A stretch of 64,000 nucleotides of DNA. It comes from a bacterium. GTDB taxonomy: Bacteria; SAR324; NAC60-12. The position numbers were made by a program, and so were the translations under genes. The stretch is from the NCBI GenBank assembly GCA_965233585.1, contig CBDDTI010000747.1, positions 480,001 to 544,000 on the forward strand, given 5' to 3'. The notes below the pieces were generated by a model, which did no database searches, had not been told where the DNA came from, and saw only the letters and a program-made list of their open reading frames with translations. This document shows, piece after piece, positions 47,864 to 58,036 of this stretch; position 1 is the stretch's first letter, and every line of letters starts with the position of its first letter.

Positions 47864-49099
47864 ATGCTGACTAAAGATTTGCTAAGATACGACCAAAAAG
47901 GTGAGAAGATTGTACCTTTTTGGGTGTCCCCTAAAGACCGTCAGCTTTTGGCGGCGGCGGAGTCATTGATTGAGCTTTTTCAGATGAGTCTTGGGCAGAC
48001 TAGAGCAGAGTTGCAAGAATCTGCCAAGCATCTTGTCAATAGTTATGGTGCGTTGACTTTTGTGTTGCGTGGGTTTGAAAAGCTGTTGACAGACCGCCTT
48101 GAATTTGGGGGCAGTGAGGAGACCGATTTTATTCAACAACGCAAGTCCATTTTTCAATACTCTGCTGCTTTGATTCAAAAAGGGGTGTCTGATTTGCAAC
48201 AGTATCGTCAAAACGTGGCGGGGTATTTCAAGCAAACTCCTGAGCAACTTTCACAAATGCTTTATGCTGATTTGCCTGCCTATCAAACCGTGTTGTCGCA
48301 TCGTCTGTTTTCTCCAGAACAGTTGCTTCATCGCTACAACGTGGCACAGGTTCAAGGTTTTTTGTTGAGGGCAAGGCAACTAACGGTGAGGCTTCCTGCT
48401 GCTGATGTGTTGATGCTTCGGCAGTGTTGTCAGTATCTTCGTTTTTATCAACTGCTTGCAGACATTCAAAAATGCAAAGGGCATTTTCAAATCGCCATAG
48501 ACGGACCGCTTGCTATGTTTCATCAAAGTCAAAAATACGGAATCAACCTTGCACAACTCTTCCCTGCTTTGTTGTTGTTAAATCGTTGGGAATTGGAGGC
48601 AGAAGTCCACGTCAGCCAGCAAACTAAGTTACAGCTTAAACTAGACTCTTCATGTCAAATGCAGTCTCATTATCGGCAATTTTCTGCATTTGTCCCTGAT
48701 GAAATTGAACGTTTTGCCAAGCACTTTGCGAAATCGGTGCAAGAGTGGAAGATGACGCCTTCAGAAAACTTTGTCCCTCTAAAAGGTGAGCAATATTGCT
48801 TCCCTGATTATCACCTAGTCCATGAATCAGGCAAAAGTGTGTCCCTAGAGTTTTTCCATGCGTGGCATGCCGCACCTCTGGGCAAGCGATTACAGCAGTT
48901 GCAAGAAGAATCGCCTCCTCCTTTGATTTTGGGGGTGGCAAAGCATCTCAACAAAAAAGAAGAACTTGGGCATCTGTTGCAACAATCTGACTACTTTCAA
49001 AATTACGGGTTCTTCTTTCAAAAAACTCCCACGTCAGAACAACTCAAAAAACCTCTCAACAACCTCCTCAAAATCCATTCGCAACAAAATTTATTCTAA
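47864..49099 (+). CDS. DUF790 (Bax1-like) predicted endonuclease
   Basis: MLTKDLLR, LYADL, LL.RYNVA.VQG.L, IDGP..MF..SQKYG..LA, FPDY. Confidence 0.85.
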   Translation: MLTKDLLRYDQKGEKIVPFWVSPKDRQLLAAAESLIELFQMSLGQTRAELQESAKHLVNSYGALTFVLRGFEKLLTDRLEFGGSEETDFIQQRKSIFQYSAALIQKGVSDLQQYRQNVAGYFKQTPEQLSQMLYADLPAYQTVLSHRLFSPEQLLHRYNVAQVQGFLLRARQLTVRLPAADVLMLRQCCQYLRFYQLLADIQKCKGHFQIAIDGPLAMFHQSQKYGINLAQLFPALLLLNRWELEAEVHVSQQTKLQLKLDSSCQMQSHYRQFSAFVPDEIERFAKHFAKSVQEWKMTPSENFVPLKGEQYCFPDYHLVHESGKSVSLEFFHAWHAAPLGKRLQQLQEESPPPLILGVAKHLNKKEELGHLLQQSDYFQNYGFFFQKTPTSEQLKKPLNNLLKIHSQQNLF

Positions 49100-49228
49100 A
49101 CCCCAAAAAATGTGATTTTTTAAACCTAGCATGTTGCTATAAACTCTTTTTTGGAATAGAATTTGTCCCTTGTGTTTTCATTCTTTTTTAATTAATTTTT
49201 CATTCACTTTTTGGCAAAGGAGAATCCC

Positions 49229-50782
49229 ATGAAAAAAAACGCATTTTTTGTGATGACAATATTATCTTTCGCTTTGGTCGCTTGTAATGATGACAAAAGC
49301 GAAGACGATACCAAAGATGCAATCGCTGTGATTGCTTGTGAGTTCAAAGGCTCAAATCAAGTGACGAAAGGCTCAAATATCACAGCCAATTTAGGTTGTG
49401 AAGTGCCTGAAAAGTATCAGGGTTTGGAGCTGACTTTAAAGTATGACACAAGCCTCATTCAGCTGACTGCAGGCGGTGCCACCCAAACATCAGCAGGACA
49501 AGTCACTTACAAATTACCACCCAAAGAAAATTTTGAAAGTGCCTTGACGCTCAAGGGTCTGTCAGCAGGCAAGGGCAAGCTCAACCTCAACGTCAACGAC
49601 CTGTCTGTCAGCTGGGATTATTCTGTCTTGCTTCCTCCCAGAGCCCCCTTTGACAAAATCAGCATCTCCCTTGGAAATACACATAACCTAGCCGTCAAAG
49701 ACGGAGAACTTTGGGCTTGGGGCAACAATGGGTCAGGACAGCTTGGCAATGGTGGGACAGATGAAGTTGATGCACCAACAAAAATTGGAAACTATGCAAT
49801 GGTTGAGGCAGGCATCACTCATAGCGTTGCCATCAGAGAAGACGGGACACTCTGGACTTGGGGAAGTAATGATTCTGGAGAGCTTGGCAATGGAGGGAAA
49901 GATGCTGACAGTGACGGGGATGCTGACAATGTCCTGATGCCTTCCATCATTGGTTCAGACAAAGATTGGAAAACTGTTGCAGCAGCTTCCCATGTATTAG
50001 CAATCAAGACAGACGGGACGCTTTGGGCTTGGGGAAATAATATTTCAGGAAAGCTTGGCAATGGAGGGTTAAATCCCGATAGTGATGGTTTTCCCGCTGA
50101 TGTTTTGACTCCTGCTCAAGTTGGTTCAGACAAAGATTGGAAAAGTGTTGCAGCAGGAGATGAACACTCATTAGCTATCAAGGAAGACGGGACGCTTTGG
50201 GCTTGGGGCAACAATGCGTCAGGACAGCTTGGCAATGGAGGGATAGATGCTGACAGCGACGGGGCTTTTGACAATGTTCTGACGCCTGCTCAAATTGGTT
50301 CAGACAAAGATTGGAAGGCTGCTTTTGCAGGACGCCACTCCAGCTTTGCCATTAAAAAAGACGGGACGCTTTGGGCTTGGGGGTATAATAGACGAGGGCA
50401 ACTTGGTCTTGGCAACACAACAAACCAAAGCTCTCCTGTCAAGGTTGGTACTGCCACCAGCTGGAAAGCCGTTGCGGGAGGCTCTAATGGAGACAATGAA
50501 AGGGCTCACACCATCGGACTCAGAGAAGATGGGACGCTTTGGGCTTGGGGGAATGACTGGAACGGGCAACTTGGCAACGGAGCAGGGCGTACCAACCAGA
50601 CCAGCCCACAACAGATTGGCAGCGACACAGACTGGAAAGCCATTGCCGCAGGCAATGCGGCAAGTATGGCTGTTAAGTCAGATGACAGCTTTTGGACTTG
50701 GGGAAATGATCTTTGGGGTCAAGCAGGCAATGGTGCTGCGTCATCTGACGATGTCCACACTCCTACCAAAATTAATTTTTAA
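49229..50782 (+). CDS. RCC1-repeat lipoprotein (7 repeats) with N-terminal two-Cys beta domain
   Basis: AAGGAG then ATG 49229; lipobox LVA-C; seven W(A/T)WG.N/D..G.(L/A)G repeats. Confidence 0.9.
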   Translation: MKKNAFFVMTILSFALVACNDDKSEDDTKDAIAVIACEFKGSNQVTKGSNITANLGCEVPEKYQGLELTLKYDTSLIQLTAGGATQTSAGQVTYKLPPKENFESALTLKGLSAGKGKLNLNVNDLSVSWDYSVLLPPRAPFDKISISLGNTHNLAVKDGELWAWGNNGSGQLGNGGTDEVDAPTKIGNYAMVEAGITHSVAIREDGTLWTWGSNDSGELGNGGKDADSDGDADNVLMPSIIGSDKDWKTVAAASHVLAIKTDGTLWAWGNNISGKLGNGGLNPDSDGFPADVLTPAQVGSDKDWKSVAAGDEHSLAIKEDGTLWAWGNNASGQLGNGGIDADSDGAFDNVLTPAQIGSDKDWKAAFAGRHSSFAIKKDGTLWAWGYNRRGQLGLGNTTNQSSPVKVGTATSWKAVAGGSNGDNERAHTIGLREDGTLWAWGNDWNGQLGNGAGRTNQTSPQQIGSDTDWKAIAAGNAASMAVKSDDSFWTWGNDLWGQAGNGAASSDDVHTPTKINF

Positions 50783-50794
50783 TGCCACACGACA

Positions 50795-50819
50795 CAGACA
50801 AGGTTTTCTGCCTTGTCTG
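50795..50819 (+). terminator. Hairpin after the RCC1 gene
   Basis: Perfect 9-bp stem CAGACAAGG/CCTTGTCTG; weak U tract. Confidence 0.45.
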
Positions 50820-50933
50820 CCTTCAATCCACCAGCCTTGTCCAGCCATTGCCCAAATTCTCTTGAAGTTTGAAGTCATTATTTGAAGCCGTCAAATGTGA
50901 AGTGCCTCACGCCCTTAAAAAACGTTATCTCAC

Positions 50934-51359
50934 ATGAAATGTTTGAAGTTTTTGAAGTTATTAAGCATGGCATTGGTTCTCATCGGTTGTTCTAACCGTG
51001 TCATTCTGCCTTACGAGACGCCTTCTGCTGAAAAGGTGGTTTACGAAATTGATTTTTATGCTTGGGGATTGGTTGGCAATGGCAGCATTGATATTTTTTC
51101 TGACTGCCCACAAGGACGTGCTTACCAAGTGCATTCCTTCACCTCACCCACGCAAGCCTTATGGACTGTCTTGAGCCTTGGGGTTTATTCACCAAAAATG
51201 GTAGAGGTGACTTGTTCAGGCGTGGTCTCCAAATTAAGACCAGCCCCAGAACCTGAAGAACCGCAAAAAGACAGAGTCCCTCACTGGGACAGGAAACGTT
51301 TTTTTACGCCCCCTCCAAAGATTCAAACCCCCAATTCCAAAGCCTCAGACCAACGTTGA
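50934..51359 (+). CDS. Bor/Iss-like lipoprotein
   Basis: Lipobox LIG-C; F.AWGL, CP.G, SLGVYSP..V.VTC. Confidence 0.75.
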   Translation: MKCLKFLKLLSMALVLIGCSNRVILPYETPSAEKVVYEIDFYAWGLVGNGSIDIFSDCPQGRAYQVHSFTSPTQALWTVLSLGVYSPKMVEVTCSGVVSKLRPAPEPEEPQKDRVPHWDRKRFFTPPPKIQTPNSKASDQR

Positions 51360-51417
51360 CGTTTGTGAAGTTAAGCAACTTGCCCCCAAGCAAGAATCCC
51401 TTTTTTACAATCTGGAT

Positions 51418-52410
51418 ATGAAGATTTTGATGAGTCGCCATGACAAGCTGGGTGATTTTGTCTTAGCATTACCTGCTTTTTACGTGCTTCGTCAGGCGTT
51501 CCCTGAAGACTCTCTGACTGCTTGTGTCTCACCTGTTAATCAAGGCTTTGCTTCTTCGCTGGCTTCGCTGGGTTGGTTCAATCATGTCATGGTGTTTGAC
51601 CCATCAAAGCTGTCGCAATTCAGACAGCAGTTGCGAGAAGCCCAATTTGACGTTGCTCTTGCTTTATTTGCTGATTTGCCTTTAACTTATGCTTTGTTCA
51701 TGGAAGGCATTCCCAAACGGATTGCCCCTGCAACGAAGTTGGCACAGCTTTTTGCTAACCATAGAATCACCCAAAGACGTTCACGTTGCACCCAAACAGA
51801 ATGGGAGTATAATTTGGATTTGTTAAAAGCCCTTGACGTTCATCATTTTGATTTTCCACGCCCTTTGGTGTATTTTTCCAAACAAGAGGTTTCTGAAAAC
51901 TTTGCAAAATTTTGCACACGTTATCAAATCTCTGAAGGTTCAAAAGTGATTGTGTTGCACCCCGGCAGTGGGGGTTCTGCTAAAGTGAACTTGACGTTGG
52001 AAGAGTACATTGACCTTGCTTTGCATCTGAAAAACACAAAACAAGCGATGCCTGTTTTTTCGTTTGGTCCTGATGAAGGCGTCCTTTTGCAAAAAATGCA
52101 AGCACACCCTTTGGCAAAGCAACTGCCTGTTTATATGGCAACAGAAGGAGTGCTTGCAGACGTCAAATTTTTCAGTGCCATAGACCTTTTAATCTCTAAT
52201 TCAACAGGAGTCAGCCACCTTGCAGGTTTGGCAAATACTCAAACTTTGACTATCTTTGACCCAAGTGTGCCTCCTGCCAGATGGCAACCCATTTCAGAAC
52301 CTTCTAAACAACATCATTTGACAGTACACCCCAAAGAACAACAATTTTTTTTGAAAGAGAAACTCATCCCTTATCTTGATTCATTACTCACCAAAAAAGA
52401 CATTCACTAA
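51418..52410 (+). CDS. Glycosyltransferase family 9 (heptosyltransferase-like)
   Basis: R.DKLGD.VL..P, HPGSGGS, NSTG..HLA. Confidence 0.92.
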   Translation: MKILMSRHDKLGDFVLALPAFYVLRQAFPEDSLTACVSPVNQGFASSLASLGWFNHVMVFDPSKLSQFRQQLREAQFDVALALFADLPLTYALFMEGIPKRIAPATKLAQLFANHRITQRRSRCTQTEWEYNLDLLKALDVHHFDFPRPLVYFSKQEVSENFAKFCTRYQISEGSKVIVLHPGSGGSAKVNLTLEEYIDLALHLKNTKQAMPVFSFGPDEGVLLQKMQAHPLAKQLPVYMATEGVLADVKFFSAIDLLISNSTGVSHLAGLANTQTLTIFDPSVPPARWQPISEPSKQHHLTVHPKEQQFFLKEKLIPYLDSLLTKKDIH

Positions 52411-52413
52411 AAT

Positions 52414-53697
52414 ATGGAAGACAAAGAGGAAGCTGAGATTTTAAATGAGGACAAGTTTGGTCCTTCAGGATTTGCAAACACAGACCCTAAGAATGGATTG
52501 CGTGGCATTAAAATCCGTGCAGACAACATCGGCAACGTCCCGGGAACGGTGGAACATTGGGCAGAAGACATTAAAAATCGTAAAAAAGACATTTTGGACA
52601 TTCAGAACATGAATTTTCTGAATCGTGCGATTTACATTGTCAAAAGGAGTTCTTCTAGTGAAGAGACCAACGGGCTGGAAGTGGCAAGGCATCACCCTAC
52701 CAAAAAAACAGAAGACTTTGTCCGTACTCTCAAACGGACGCCCGGGGACTCATTCGCCAGACTTGGCTTGGTCTCTGCGATTGGTAAGGCAACACGTGAT
52801 TTTCCTGTGGAACTTTACCGAAGTCTTTTTTTACAAGCGATGACGGCTTGTTCTTTGTCAGAAGTCAGCTTGCAAGGCTTGCAAGTGGCAGTGTGGTCTC
52901 AAAACCTTTATTTTTCTAAATTATCAGAAAAGCTGCGTGCGTCTTACGAACAGCTGGAGAAGATTTTGGACTCGCCAAGTTCGCAAGGGTCAGGTGGCTA
53001 TGCTGAGCAAAGGAAATCGTTGCAGGAACGTCTCTTTAACATCAAAAAGAACATGCAAATCATTCGCGCGTATCAAGCTCATGCCAACAAAGGGATTCAA
53101 GAGACCAATGCCAATGCCACTTTGACCATGAAAGAGATACGTCAAGCATACGTTGGAGTGACTGAGACAGAAGAGACAGAAGATGCTAAAGACCGCATTG
53201 TCAAAAAAATGGTGGCGATGGTGAGTTCCATCAGATACGTTCTGCTTCTGCATGAGGTGGGGAATGAGTACGTTGACCTGTTCATTCAAGTAGAACCCAA
53301 TTCTCCTATTGGCTATTTTTTAAAAGGCAGATTAGGCATGAGCCGCATGATTTTTATTGTGGGTCGTTTTGAAAATGGACAGAGGGACAAGAACACCAAA
53401 AAAGAGATTCAAGATGCTTTCAAAGAGGCACACCACCACTACGGGCATGCTGTGGGCAAAGCTAGTTCTCTTGGCAAGGGGGACATTTACAAAGCCATCA
53501 TGTTTGAATATGCCAATACGATTCTTTATTTTTATCGGATTGCTGATTCTCTTTTGAAAATTACGCTTCCGCAAAAATGGAGGCATGCCGTGCTACAAAA
53601 GGCTCAAAAATCGCTGATGACTATTCAAGAATATCCAAGAGCGCAATCGTTGATAGAAGAATTGAGTCGTTCCATGGACAATGAAGGTATTCTTTAG
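52414..53697 (+). CDS. Hypothetical alpha-helical (TPR-like) protein
   Basis: 427-aa ORF coupled to GT9; EPNSPIGYFLKGR TPR-like segment. Confidence 0.75.
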   Translation: MEDKEEAEILNEDKFGPSGFANTDPKNGLRGIKIRADNIGNVPGTVEHWAEDIKNRKKDILDIQNMNFLNRAIYIVKRSSSSEETNGLEVARHHPTKKTEDFVRTLKRTPGDSFARLGLVSAIGKATRDFPVELYRSLFLQAMTACSLSEVSLQGLQVAVWSQNLYFSKLSEKLRASYEQLEKILDSPSSQGSGGYAEQRKSLQERLFNIKKNMQIIRAYQAHANKGIQETNANATLTMKEIRQAYVGVTETEETEDAKDRIVKKMVAMVSSIRYVLLLHEVGNEYVDLFIQVEPNSPIGYFLKGRLGMSRMIFIVGRFENGQRDKNTKKEIQDAFKEAHHHYGHAVGKASSLGKGDIYKAIMFEYANTILYFYRIADSLLKITLPQKWRHAVLQKAQKSLMTIQEYPRAQSLIEELSRSMDNEGIL

Positions 53698-53709
53698 TCT
53701 TTTGAAGTT

Positions 53710-54489
53710 TTGAAAACGCCTAAATATTCCTTGTTGGCAACGCCAAGCATAGGGCTTTCTTATTTTGCTGTACAACTGTTGACGCAAAATCTGCCCCTTG
53801 ATGCAGGACTTGAAGAAATGGCTCAAGTCTTTCTGATTGGCTCATTCTTGGCAATGGCAGTCCGTCCTTTAATCCAAAATGTGTATTGGAGTCTTTTTGC
53901 TAGGGTTTTCATTTTTTCTCTGGTCTTAGTGGCACTGGGTCCGCTGGTGTCATGGACACAAGGCTACATTTTGGGATTCAGTACTCCTTGGCAACTTTGG
54001 AAGTGGTTGTTTGTAGATTCCCTTTCTACTTTGGCAGTTCTTACATCGTCTGCTTTGATTTTTAGACCGCAACGTGAGTCTTTCACAGTGGTGATGTTGT
54101 TGAAAAAACTGGTTCATCATTGTCAAATTGGTCATGCTGTTCACTTTGGTCTTTCAATGGCGTTTTATTGCTGGCTTGTGTTCATCGTGGCAGAGTTTTT
54201 GCCAATTCAATATGTCGTCTCTTCCCTCGTTTTAAAGTCGTTTGTCATCACCTTCATTGTGAGCATTTTTGGCAAATTATTTGGGTCAAATGAGACAACG
54301 TTTGAGACGTCTGTGGCACTTGGAATTTTAATTTTTGTGATAGGCGATGCGGTCCCTGCTTTGCGTCATTTGGAGTTTAATTGGTCAAAAACATTTGGGC
54401 AACTTCTGCCAATGCTTTTGATTAATTTCATTTTTTGCTACACTGTCTTGGTTTTTTCCAAAAAATCCTTTTTTTCAAGAAAGGATTGA
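53710..54489 (+). CDS. Hypothetical membrane protein
   Basis: About eight hydrophobic segments; TTG start uncertain. Confidence 0.65.
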   Translation: MKTPKYSLLATPSIGLSYFAVQLLTQNLPLDAGLEEMAQVFLIGSFLAMAVRPLIQNVYWSLFARVFIFSLVLVALGPLVSWTQGYILGFSTPWQLWKWLFVDSLSTLAVLTSSALIFRPQRESFTVVMLLKKLVHHCQIGHAVHFGLSMAFYCWLVFIVAEFLPIQYVVSSLVLKSFVITFIVSIFGKLFGSNETTFETSVALGILIFVIGDAVPALRHLEFNWSKTFGQLLPMLLINFIFCYTVLVFSKKSFFSRKD

Positions 54490-54520
54490 CCAACTTAATC
54501 ATTTTATTTCAAGAGGTACT

Positions 54521-54772
54521 TTGACCCAACAATCAAACAAAGAAGATAAAATCACCTTGGACGGAAAAGTCGTGGATTCCTCAAAAGGAATTTTTCGTAT
54601 AGAACTGGACAACGGGCATGTCATTACGGGGCGGCTTTCAGGCAAGATGAAGATGCACAAAATTCGTGTCATGGTGGGTGATGTTGTCAAGGTAGAAGTC
54701 TCTACTTATGACCTCAACCGCGGACGCATTATCCAGCGAGAAAAACTCTCAAACACTTCCAAAAAGCCATAA
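54521..54772 (+). CDS. infA: Translation initiation factor IF-1
   Basis: F.IELDNGH, SGKM....IR...GD.VKVE.S.YDL.RGRI; GAGG RBS before TTG. Confidence 0.95.
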   Translation: MTQQSNKEDKITLDGKVVDSSKGIFRIELDNGHVITGRLSGKMKMHKIRVMVGDVVKVEVSTYDLNRGRIIQREKLSNTSKKP

Positions 54773-54776
54773 ATTC

Positions 54777-55814
54777 ATGGGCATTCCATTCATTGAGTAT
54801 CTTTCTGATGACATTGCCATTGATTTAGGCACGGCAAACACGCTTGTCTTTGTGAGGAACAAAGGGATTGTGATTAGAGAGCCTTCTGTGGTGGCAGTGA
54901 AGCAAGACCGTTTTGGGCAAAAAAAGATTCTGGCAGTGGGAGATGAAGCGAAGGTCATGTTAGGCAGGACGCCGGGAAGCATCTTTGCTGTGAGACCCAT
55001 GAAAGATGGAGTGATTTCTGATTTTGCAGTGGCAGAAGAGATGTTGCGTTACTTCATCAATCGTGTCACAGCGAAGAGTTTTTTAAAGATGCGTCCTAGA
55101 ATTGTGATTGCTGTCCCTTCTGGCATTACACAAGTTGAAAAGCGTGCCGTTTGTGAGTCAGCCAAGTCAGCAGGGGCTAAGGAGGTGTATCTGGTAGAAG
55201 AGCCAATGGCAGCAGCGATTGGGGCAGGGTTGCCTATTATGAGTCCAAGCGGGAACATGGTGGTTGACATTGGAGGCGGCACAACAGAAGTGGCAGTCAT
55301 CTCATTAGCAGGCATCGTTTATAGCGACTCTACAAGAGTTGGAGGCGATAAGATTGACGAAACCATCATTCAGTATGTCAAACAAAAATATAACATTCTC
55401 ATCGGAGAACGCACCGCAGAAGATATTAAGATGCAAATTGGTTCTGCATACCCCTTGCCTGAAACCCGCACGATTGACGTGAAAGGTCGTGATTTAGTAA
55501 CAGGGATTCCTAAAGTCAAGGAATTGAATGACATGGAAATCCGCAAAGCCATTGCAGATGTTTGTGAGACCATCGTCCATGCTGTGCATACGGCATTGGA
55601 AAAAACACCCCCTGAATTAGCTGCGGATTTGGTGGACAAAGGCGTGATTCTCGCCGGTGGGGGTTCTATGCTGTCAGGTCTTGATATTCTGATGAGAGAA
55701 CGCACAGGACTTCCTGTGTCTCATGCAGACGACCCCTTAACTAGCGTTGCGATTGGAACAGGTCGGATCTTAGACTCTATGGAGATTTTAGAGTCTATTG
55801 CATTTACTCAATGA
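54777..55814 (+). CDS. mreB: Rod shape-determining protein MreB
   Basis: IDLGTANTL, EPSVVA, EEPMAAAIG, DIGGGTTE. Start moved to ATG 54777. Confidence 0.97.
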   Translation: MGIPFIEYLSDDIAIDLGTANTLVFVRNKGIVIREPSVVAVKQDRFGQKKILAVGDEAKVMLGRTPGSIFAVRPMKDGVISDFAVAEEMLRYFINRVTAKSFLKMRPRIVIAVPSGITQVEKRAVCESAKSAGAKEVYLVEEPMAAAIGAGLPIMSPSGNMVVDIGGGTTEVAVISLAGIVYSDSTRVGGDKIDETIIQYVKQKYNILIGERTAEDIKMQIGSAYPLPETRTIDVKGRDLVTGIPKVKELNDMEIRKAIADVCETIVHAVHTALEKTPPELAADLVDKGVILAGGGSMLSGLDILMRERTGLPVSHADDPLTSVAIGTGRILDSMEILESIAFTQ

Positions 55815-57595
55815 GCGTTCAAATGGAATTTGTGAGGAATCCTATACGTTCAGAAGTCTGTGCTTTGGTGAGTCAGGCGATTGAATCAAAGTATGGAGAA
55901 TTTTTTGAGAATTTGGAGGAATGGCTTGAAACTCCCCCCTCTGAGGAGATGGGAGACTATGCGTTCCCATGCTTCAGACTTGCCAAAACCTTACGTCAAG
56001 CACCTGCTAAAATTGCAGAATCATTGCAAGAGGTCATTCAATCTCAGCTAGGGCAGGCTCATTTCATCAAAGCAGTTTCTCAAGAAGGGGGATACTTAAA
56101 TTTGACTTGCAACCCTGTCTCTATTGCTCAAAGCCTTTTACCCTCCATCTTGAGCGGGCATTTTTTTACAATCAACTCGTCAACCTCACGTGAACGTGTG
56201 ATGATTGAATACTCACAGCCCAACACTCACAAAGGCTTTCATGTGGGACATATGCGGAATGTAGCACTTGGCAACAGCTTGTGCAAACTCTACGTTTACA
56301 ATGGGTATCAGGTCAAAGGAGTCAATTACATTGGAGACGTTGGGACTCACATTGCCAAATGCCTTTGGTTTTATCTGGACAATCTTCATCAAACACCACC
56401 TGAAACCTTCAAAGGACAATGGCTTGGCGGTCTTTACACGCAAGCAGTGCAAAAGCTGTCAGAGTTACAAGGAGAAGAAAAAGCCAAAGCCAACGAACGT
56501 ATCAGTCATCTTTTAAAAGACCTTGACAATCCAGAGAGTGAAGTTTATCAAATTTGGCAAAAAACAAGGCAATGGTCGTTAGATGATTTTGATGCCATTT
56601 ACAAATGGCTTGATGTGCAGTTTGATGAATGTTTTTATGAATCGGAGGTGGAAAAGCTGGGCAAAGAGCTTGTCCTTGAGGGCTTAGAGCAAGGAGTGTT
56701 TGAATATTCAGAGGGTGCGGTTGGAATCAACCTTGACGAAGATTCTGAACAAAATCTTGGTTTTTTTCTACTGCTCAAGTCTGATGGCAATTCTCTTTAC
56801 TCCACCAAAGACCTTGCACTTGCCAAAAAAAAATTCTCACAATACCAAATTGAACGTTCCATTTATGTTGTCGGGGCAGAGCAGACGCTTTACTTTCAGC
56901 AAATGTTTGCAACTCTTCGCAAAATGGGATACCCCCAAGCTCAGCAATGCTTTCACCTGCCTTATGGATTAGTCACATTGCCTGCTGGCAAAATGAGTTC
57001 ACGGGAGGGAACGGTCATTCTGTTTTCTCAATTACAAGAAGAGATGGAGCAATATGTTTATGAGCATTATTTGTCAGAGTATCAAGGAATTTGGGAGGAT
57101 TCAGAGATTCAGGAGACGTCAAGACTTGTCGCCTCTGCTTCAGTCAAGTATGGCATGTTGAATCAAGCCCCCAATAAGTTGATTGTGTTTTCTATGGAAG
57201 ACTGGCTTCGTTCTGAAGGAGAGACGGGAAGTTACTTAATTTACACTTATGTCAGAATCCAGAGCATTTTGCGTAAAGTTGCCCCAGTGTCTTTGAACCA
57301 AGATGAAGACATTTTTTCACATCTCACTCATGTCCATGAGCAGTCTCTCATTCGCAAACTTTCTCTTTTCAATGAAGTTGTTTTTTCTGCTGGCGAGACA
57401 TTCAGACCTTCACTTCTGGCACGTTATCTTTTTGAAACTGCCAAAAAATTCAATCGTGCATACCAAACATGTCCTGTCCAAAATGCAGAAAACGTCAAAA
57501 CTCAACAAGCGAGAATTTTGCTATTTGATGCAGTGGGAAAAGTGTTGAGGCAAGGATTGTTGTTGTTGGGAATCACACCACCTGAAAGAATGTAA
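55811..57595 (+). CDS. argS: Arginine-tRNA ligase
   Basis: EYSQPN..K.FHVGH.RN, KMSSREG, C-terminal PERM. Confidence 0.97.
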   Translation: MSVQMEFVRNPIRSEVCALVSQAIESKYGEFFENLEEWLETPPSEEMGDYAFPCFRLAKTLRQAPAKIAESLQEVIQSQLGQAHFIKAVSQEGGYLNLTCNPVSIAQSLLPSILSGHFFTINSSTSRERVMIEYSQPNTHKGFHVGHMRNVALGNSLCKLYVYNGYQVKGVNYIGDVGTHIAKCLWFYLDNLHQTPPETFKGQWLGGLYTQAVQKLSELQGEEKAKANERISHLLKDLDNPESEVYQIWQKTRQWSLDDFDAIYKWLDVQFDECFYESEVEKLGKELVLEGLEQGVFEYSEGAVGINLDEDSEQNLGFFLLLKSDGNSLYSTKDLALAKKKFSQYQIERSIYVVGAEQTLYFQQMFATLRKMGYPQAQQCFHLPYGLVTLPAGKMSSREGTVILFSQLQEEMEQYVYEHYLSEYQGIWEDSEIQETSRLVASASVKYGMLNQAPNKLIVFSMEDWLRSEGETGSYLIYTYVRIQSILRKVAPVSLNQDEDIFSHLTHVHEQSLIRKLSLFNEVVFSAGETFRPSLLARYLFETAKKFNRAYQTCPVQNAENVKTQQARILLFDAVGKVLRQGLLLLGITPPERM

Positions 57596-57670
57596 TTGTC
57601 CAAAGGTAGTTGTGCAAAGCAGGCTTGGCACAAAAGCATTGCACTTTTGTACCAAAAGGAGGGGAGGAAG

Positions 57671-57946
57671 TTAGCCTTTGATCGCTTCTTTGAGCTTGCT
57701 ACCAGCGCTAAACTTCACACTTTTAGATTCAGGAATGTTAATGGGTTCTCCTGTGCGGGGATTCCTTCCTGTGCGTGCGGCACGCGTTGTGATGGAAAAT
57801 GTTCCGAAACCAATTAGAGGAATGGTTTCTCCTTTGGCGAGAGACTCTTGAATGACTTCAAGAGTGGCGTTGACACAGGCTTCTGTCTCAGACTTGGTTT
57901 GATTCGTTTTCTTTGCAATTTCTGCAACAAATTGTGATTTATTCAT
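57671..57946 (-). CDS. hup: DNA-binding protein HU
   Basis: MNKS.F...IA, GFGTF....RAAR.GRNP.TG. Confidence 0.96.
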   Translation of the reverse strand: MNKSQFVAEIAKKTNQTKSETEACVNATLEVIQESLAKGETIPLIGFGTFSITTRAARTGRNPRTGEPINIPESKSVKFSAGSKLKEAIKG

Positions 57947-58036
57947 AGGATTGACTTCAATAAAAGTAGGTTAGTAAAAAATGCCAATGATTTCAGCAAC
58001 ATTGACAGCAGGAGCTTGAAAGCCCTTAAAAATGAT

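Noticed and set aside
50295..50885. 196-aa alternative-frame ORF, and other short overlapping ORFs such as 41401-41976 and 63775-63993
   Set aside because: They overlap well-supported genes in another frame or strand and show no recognisable motifs.
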